A model generated the notes under the pieces. That model did not search any database and was not told the DNA's origin. It was given only the letters and a program-made list of their open reading frames with translations. Positions 6,702-11,080 of a stretch of 11,080 nucleotides of DNA are shown piece after piece. The stretch lies in NCBI GenBank assembly GCA_029858565.1, contig JAOUEV010000088.1, positions 1-11,080 on the forward strand. The letters run 5' to 3'. Made by a program: the position numbers and the translations under genes. This stretch comes from Nitrospirota bacterium. Lineage in GTDB: Bacteria; Nitrospirota; UBA9217. How positions within the stretch are numbered: the stretch's first letter is position 1; every line of letters starts with the position of its first letter.

Positions 6702-8350
6702 CTACTCATCGATCAGCCGCATCACTTTCTGTACCTGGTCCGCGCTCACCGTATCCGTGCTCGTAAAGATCATCTGGTATTTAAGCCGCTCGGGATTCAG
6801 CTCTTCCCATTTCCTGAGCGCCAGAGCCTTCCGGCCCTTCTCGCGTCCACCGGATGACTGCGCTCGCGTTCGCTCTTGATCTCCATGGTATAGACCTTGC
6901 CGGAGCCTCGCTTCCCGCCTTTTTTCGGCTTTTTCCGGATCACGAAGTCCGGCGTATAGCGCCGCCACTTTCCTTTGTCGTCCTTGTACTCAATGAAGAA
7001 ATCGGTCTTGGCGGGATCGGTCAAAGCGCCGGTGAAGTAGATGTCCTCAACCTCGTCGGGATTCACATTCAGTTGCGCCAGCATCTGTTCAAAGAAATGC
7101 TTCTCCGGGTTCGAGTCGAAGTTATAAGGATCATAGCGGAAACCGAACGATCCGGCCTTTTCTTTCCACGCTGAAAAATGCGCGAGGAGGTGCTCCCGGT
7201 CTTTCGGATAGATAATGTCTGCGGTAGAGACCTCGGTCCCTTCTGTAGTTGTTTCTTTGTTGAATCCCTCGGGCTTGACCAGCGCCAGGGCAACATCGAC
7301 CTTCTCTTCCCGTATCTCGTAAAACCGCGTCTGCTCTTCGACCTGACGGGAGAGGTCGGTGACATGCGAGGCCGGAATATCTTCATTAGCGTACAACCGC
7401 TTCAACTCGTCATAGACAGCCCGCAGGTCGAGCCTGTAGGAGCGGCTTAGCTCTGTCGCTGCGGTATACGGATCGAGGCTGGTATCAGAGGATGTGATCG
7501 TCACCGTCTCGCCTATCTGCTGAAGAACGCCAAAAGTCGAAAGTTGCTCCCCCACGGTATAAACTTTTTTCCTGAGGCTGCCGGCGTCCCCGTCCTTGGG
7601 CCGTTCCAACCTGATCGGCTTTGTCTCTCCCTCTTTCCTCGCCACCGTCCTGATCGTTTGCGTGACAACGAGCGGCGGCAGATCGAGCTTGCGCAAAACA
7701 ATTCGGGCTGCGGCGCTTTCATGCCCCGCGTGGTTCAGGTCGGCAATTGTCTCGCCGTAGGTTTCCTGGAGCTGTTTATCGAGGATCGTGAAATTGTCCG
7801 TTGAAAGATAGACCCGCGCCTTTGCTTCATTGCCCGGCACCTGGCGAAGACACCGTGTCGCGGCCTGGAGCACGAAGTTGTTCGAGGTCTTGAGCTTCCT
7901 GGCGAGCGCGCAGGCGAAGAGACTCGGGCAGTTCCAGCCTTCCGTGCCCTTATTTACGAGCAGGATCACGCGATGCGGCGCGGTATTCGTCACCACGACA
8001 TTGAACGACGAGCCGCGAATGACCGGCACGTCCTTTTCCCCATCGCGGGTGAACGTCAGCTTGACCGACGCCGCAAAAGCCTTATACATGCGCGGCGGCA
8101 GCAGCTCCGATTGTTTGGGGTAGCTGTTTCGATAAAGATCGAAAATGTGCGGTGTTTTTTCGATCAGGCGGAGATACCAATAGGTTTCGAGCGCCCGGAG
8201 CTGGGGACGGCGCAGAAAGCGCAGGTTCCCGGTCTCCGTCTCCTTCGCCCACTCCAGCACTTCGGCGATGGCGGAGTACTCGTTACATGCGAAATCAGAC
8301 GCCCGCCATGAGTCCACGCGTGCCGCTATGTGCTGATGAAGATGACTCAT
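6702..8350 (-). pseudogene. Type III restriction enzyme Res-like helicase-nuclease, with two internal deletions and a C-terminal frameshift
   Basis: Has a Q-motif-like LRRPQLRALETYWYL, helicase motif V/VI-like LVNKGTEGWN and LQAATRCLR, and PD-(D/E)xK-like YTPDF...MEIK. No Walker A (GxGKT) or DEAH box. Abrupt joins at ~8100 (SELL|PPRMY) and ~7982 (VVTNT|APHRV). At ~6844 one extra G would give HPVD-G-EKGRKALAL and run to the stop at 6702. Confidence 0.8.
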
Positions 8351-8361
8351 AAGAATAGCTG

Positions 8362-8391
8362 AGTATAGTTGATTCCGACGTTAAAAAACAA
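8362..8391 (-). promoter_or_regulatory. Putative promoter for the island (TTGTTT-N18-TATACT), near-leaderless
   Basis: TATACT at 8367-8362 lies 11 nt before the res ATG (8350). TTGTTT at 8391-8386. No SD before the ATG. Confidence 0.45.
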
Positions 8392-8424
8392 GGGAAAGCT
8401 GCCGCTTTCAGAAGACGGTCCCCC

Positions 8425-9084
8425 TCATCCCCGCGACTTGGGCACATAGTACAAGGTGCCTTCGCGCATGCTCATGATCTGGCGTATCAGGTCGTCCAGG
8501 TCGGTCGGATTATGTACAAAATCGATATCAGAAGTGTTGATGACCAGGAGCGGCGTCTCGCTGTACCGGAAGAAAAAGTGATTGTATGCCTCGTTCACGG
8601 CCTCAACGTACTCGCGGCTCACATTCTTCTCAAAGGACCGTGCGCGCTGCTTGATGCGCCGGAGGATCGTCTCCGTATCCGCCTGCAGAAAGATCACGAG
8701 ATCCGGCCGCACGACCTTCGGCTCGATCATACGGTAGATCTGCTCGTACAGCGCAAGTTCGTGGTCGTTCAGGTTGAGGTACGCGAAAATGCGGTCCTTG
8801 GCAAAAAGGTAGTCACTGATCGTGACCTGGTTGAAGAGATCGTGCTGGGAGAACTCCTCCTGCTGGCTGAACCGGTTCATCAGGAAGAAGATCTGCGTCT
8901 GGAAGCGGAACCTCGCGGGATCCTGGTAAAAATCAGTGAGAAAGGGATTTTCCTCTGCGCGTTCGAACACAAGGCGGGCATTCAGCTCGGGAGCCAGGAG
9001 CGTGGTCAGGCTGGTCTTGCCCACGCCGATAGGTCCTTCGACCACGATGTACCGCGCGTTGCGTGAGGCTGGTTTCTGATTCAT
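8425..9084 (-). CDS. Deoxynucleoside kinase (dCK/dGK family)
   Basis: P-loop EGPIGVGKT, ENPFLTDFY, TQIFFLMNR, DYLFAKDRIFA, PDLVIFLQA, RIKQRAR lid. ATGA overlap with the folK stop. Confidence 0.92.
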   Translation of the reverse strand: MNQKPASRNARYIVVEGPIGVGKTSLTTLLAPELNARLVFERAEENPFLTDFYQDPARFRFQTQIFFLMNRFSQQEEFSQHDLFNQVTISDYLFAKDRIFAYLNLNDHELALYEQIYRMIEPKVVRPDLVIFLQADTETILRRIKQRARSFEKNVSREYVEAVNEAYNHFFFRYSETPLLVINTSDIDFVHNPTDLDDLIRQIMSMREGTLYYVPKSRG

Positions 9085-9581
9085 GGCATCCCGCTCTTCT
9101 TTTCACAGCGCAGCACCGTATGACCGTCGGCCACCCCGGCCAGGAGCGCTGCTGCGGTCCTGCCGAGCACCGGGTGCACCGCGTCCGGCGCGATCTCAAC
9201 GAGCGGCGCAAGCACGAATTTTCGCTCAGCCATCCGGGGATGAGGAATGATCAGGTCAGCCTCTCGGACCACCACGCTCCCGTAGAGCAGGATATCGAGG
9301 TCCATGGTCCGGGGACCCCAGCGGACCGTGCGCACTCTGCCCATCTCGTCTTCCACTGAACGGCACAGAAGGAGAAGTTCCTGCGGACCCAGATCGGTCT
9401 CGACCGAGGCTACCGCGTTGATGAAGTCGTCCTGGTCATCGTACCCAACCGGCTCGGTGTAGAACAACGAGGACAGCCGAAGGACCCGGACCGTCCTGCC
9501 CAGAAGTTCTACCGCCTTCAGGCAGTTGGCCTCCCGGTCGCCCATGTTCGAGCCGACCCCGATGTACGCGACAATGGACAT
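9081..9581 (-). CDS. folK: 2-amino-4-hydroxy-6-hydroxymethyldihydropteridine diphosphokinase
   Basis: YIGVGSNMGDR, TEPVG, FINAV, RWGPRTMDLDILLY, IPHPRMAERKFVLAPL. Confidence 0.96.
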   Translation of the reverse strand: MSIVAYIGVGSNMGDREANCLKAVELLGRTVRVLRLSSLFYTEPVGYDDQDDFINAVASVETDLGPQELLLLCRSVEDEMGRVRTVRWGPRTMDLDILLYGSVVVREADLIIPHPRMAERKFVLAPLVEIAPDAVHPVLGRTAAALLAGVADGHTVLRCEKKSGMP

Positions 9582-9585
9582 AGAG

Positions 9586-9695
9586 ACAGGATGATGAAAA
9601 AAAGGATCAGGAAAAGCAGGATTAAGGATTAGAGGATTAAGCGCTGCAACCTGTAATCTTTCTGATCCCGATTTGCCTAATCCTGCAATCCTCTA
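9586..9695. repeat. Intergenic inverted array of AGGATT / AATCCT short repeats, followed by U7 on the - strand transcript
   Basis: AGGAT at 9588, 9603, 9618, 9625, 9633. Perfect complementary pairs: GGATCAG 9604-9610 with CTGATCC 9662-9668, GCAGGATTA 9616-9624 with TAATCCTGC 9678-9686, TAGAGGATT 9630-9638 with AATCCTCTA 9687-9695. A7 at 9597-9603. Confidence 0.7.
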
Positions 9696-9697
9696 TC

Positions 9698-10936
9698 TTA
9701 AAATTCAAACTTCAGCCCAGCCATCCGCTTTTTAAACTCGGCGAGCACGCGCTTTTCATCAGCCTTGCCCTTTGCCTCGAAGGTCGCGGAGAACCGGATG
9801 TACGGCCCGGCATCGTCCCAGGGAACCGTGCTGATCAGCTTCTCGGTGATCAGGAACTCGGAGAACTCCTCGGCAGTAGCGAACCGCCGTCCGCCCTTGA
9901 CACCCTTCGGCATTCTGACATAGAGATAGAAGGTCCCTGCGGGCATCTTTGCCTTGAATCCCATGCCGCGCAGCGTCGCGACAAGCGACTTCAGCCGGCG
10001 CTCGTACTTTGCCCCGATCCTAGCCGTGATCTCCGGGTGGTCCAGCGCGTAGATACCCGCTTTCTGGATGGCCTTGAACTGGCCTGAGTCGTAATTGTCC
10101 TTCACCATGCCGTATCCCGCGACGATCCGCGCATTGCCCGCGACAAAAGCGAGCCGCCATCCGGTCATGTTATAGGCCTTGGAGAGCGAGTGGATCTCCA
10201 CACCCACGTCCTTTGCGCCTGGCACGGACAGGAAGGACAGCGGCTTGGTCCCGTACATGAGCGCAGCATAGGCCGCGTCATGGACCACGATGATGTCGTT
10301 CTCTTTCGCGAACTGCACGACCTTCTGGAAGAACGCCCGGGTAGCTCCGGCACCTGTCGGGTTGTTCGGGTAGTTGAGGTAGAGCAGCTTCGCCTTCTTC
10401 CGGATATCCGCCGGAATGGCGTTCAGGTCGGGAAGGTACCCGTTCTCTTCCGTGAGCGGAAGGATATGCACCGAACCGCCGTACCAGCGCGTATGGGTTG
10501 CCATGACCGGATATCCGGGAGCGGTCATCAGGGTGATGTCCCCGGGATTAATGAACACCGCGGGAAACATGGCGAGCACCGGTTTGCTGCCGATGCCGTG
10601 CAGCACTTCGGTCTGCGCGTCGAGCCCTTTCACGCCATAGACCTTCGCCATGTACCGGACCGCCGCGTCCTTGAATTCCTGGATGCCGTTGTCCGCGTAG
10701 CCGCGGTTCTCAGGCTTCTCGGACTCCTTCTGGAGCTTCCTGACCACTCCGGGGAATGCCATCTCATCCGGCTCGCCTACGCCCAGATCGATCAGTTCGA
10801 CACCGGGATTGGCCGCCATGGCGGCGCGCTTGGCGCGCTTGATCTTCTCGAACTTGTAGATCTTCGTGTCCTTGCCGAACATCGAACCGCCGATGCGCTC
10901 GGCAAAAAGATTTTGAATGTAGGTCTCCTCTGACAA
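9698..10936 (-). CDS. dapL: LL-diaminopimelate aminotransferase (PLP class I/II)
   Basis: 412 aa, TTG start with SD GAGGAGG. IDLGVGEPD, NYPNNPTG, HDAAY, PLP-lysine motif SLSKAYNMTGWR. N-terminal FAERIGG..FGKDTKIYKFEKIKRAK fits the DapL subfamily. The aminotransferase call is firm; substrate is slightly less so. Confidence 0.85.
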   Translation of the reverse strand: MSEETYIQNLFAERIGGSMFGKDTKIYKFEKIKRAKRAAMAANPGVELIDLGVGEPDEMAFPGVVRKLQKESEKPENRGYADNGIQEFKDAAVRYMAKVYGVKGLDAQTEVLHGIGSKPVLAMFPAVFINPGDITLMTAPGYPVMATHTRWYGGSVHILPLTEENGYLPDLNAIPADIRKKAKLLYLNYPNNPTGAGATRAFFQKVVQFAKENDIIVVHDAAYAALMYGTKPLSFLSVPGAKDVGVEIHSLSKAYNMTGWRLAFVAGNARIVAGYGMVKDNYDSGQFKAIQKAGIYALDHPEITARIGAKYERRLKSLVATLRGMGFKAKMPAGTFYLYVRMPKGVKGGRRFATAEEFSEFLITEKLISTVPWDDAGPYIRFSATFEAKGKADEKRVLAEFKKRMAGLKFEF

Positions 10937-10965
10937 TGCTTACCTCCTCAACGGACAATACGTGT

Positions 10966-10995
10966 ATCGTAATATGTTTGACGTGCGGCAGTAAA
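10966..10995 (-). promoter_or_regulatory. Weak candidate internal promoter for dapL (TTTACT-N18-TACGAT)
   Basis: Partial matches to -35 and -10 in the 75-nt intergenic gap upstream of the dapL SD. Confidence 0.25.
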
Positions 10996-11011
10996 GAATC
11001 GTGACCTGCTG

Positions 11012-11080
11012 TTATTCCGCAATCCGAGATCCGCAATCCGCAATGACGTTGTTTTTCAAGCTTCCGATCCCCTCGATCCT
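11012..11080 (-). CDS. 3' end of a fumarylacetoacetate hydrolase family protein (partial)
   Basis: Minus strand from 11080 reads RIEGIGSLKNNVIADCGSRIAE*. IEGIG.L.N.V is the typical FAH-family C-terminal motif. Not in the ORF track. Confidence 0.7.
   Translation of the reverse strand, partial: RIEGIGSLKNNVIADCGSRIAE
11015..11044 (+). repeat. Heptamer tandem repeat (ATCCGCA)x4, imperfect
   Basis: TTCCGCA ATCCGAG ATCCGCA ATCCGCA AT. Confidence 0.75.

Larger units (their letters stand above)
3105..8350 (-). other. Decaying accessory/defence island between the deoxynucleoside kinase and panC
   Basis: RM-like, Fic and hypothetical genes interrupt a housekeeping run. The stretch looks more AT-rich by eye than rng or dapL. 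No integrase, transposase or att repeats were seen. Confidence 0.7.

Noticed and set aside
5853-6857. 334-aa + strand ORF, and similar long antisense ORFs at 3756-4337, 4496-5047, 8512-9066 and 10190-10933
   Set aside because: These are antisense shadows of well-supported genes, expected in GC-rich DNA, and have no motifs.
6702-6968. 88-aa ORF as an independent gene or a programmed frameshift product
   Set aside because: Its last ~47 residues continue the Res-like protein after a one-base loss, and no slippery heptamer is visible at ~6844.
3105-8424. IS element, integrase or att sites bounding the island
   Set aside because: No transposase or integrase motifs, terminal inverted repeats or boundary direct repeats were found by eye.
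9586-9695. CRISPR array or known riboswitch
   Set aside because: The repeats are only 5-9 nt with no spacers, and there is no recognisable aptamer consensus.

Overview
GC-rich bacterial chromosomal window. The gene set suggests Nitrospirota or deltaproteobacteria, but that is inference only. The + strand carries an RNase G/E-family ribonuclease (250-1755). The - strand carries a housekeeping run: 3' end of an FAA-hydrolase-family gene, dapL, folK, a deoxynucleoside kinase and panC. Between the kinase and panC, where panB often lies, is a ~5.2 kb co-oriented accessory island (3105-8350). It holds a Type III restriction Res-like gene missing its ATPase motifs, an intact-looking Fic protein, a Mod-like N-terminal stub fused to an unrelated C-terminus, and a translationally coupled block of uncharacterised genes (DUF6398-like fusion, conserved hypothetical, CcbP-like remnant, UPF0158-like). 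A collapsed GAF/GGDEF pseudogene follows panC. The most striking pattern is five apparent deletion junctions plus point lesions within ~6 kb, while the housekeeping genes, Fic and two hypothetical genes look intact. Family assignments are from remembered motifs, not database searches.
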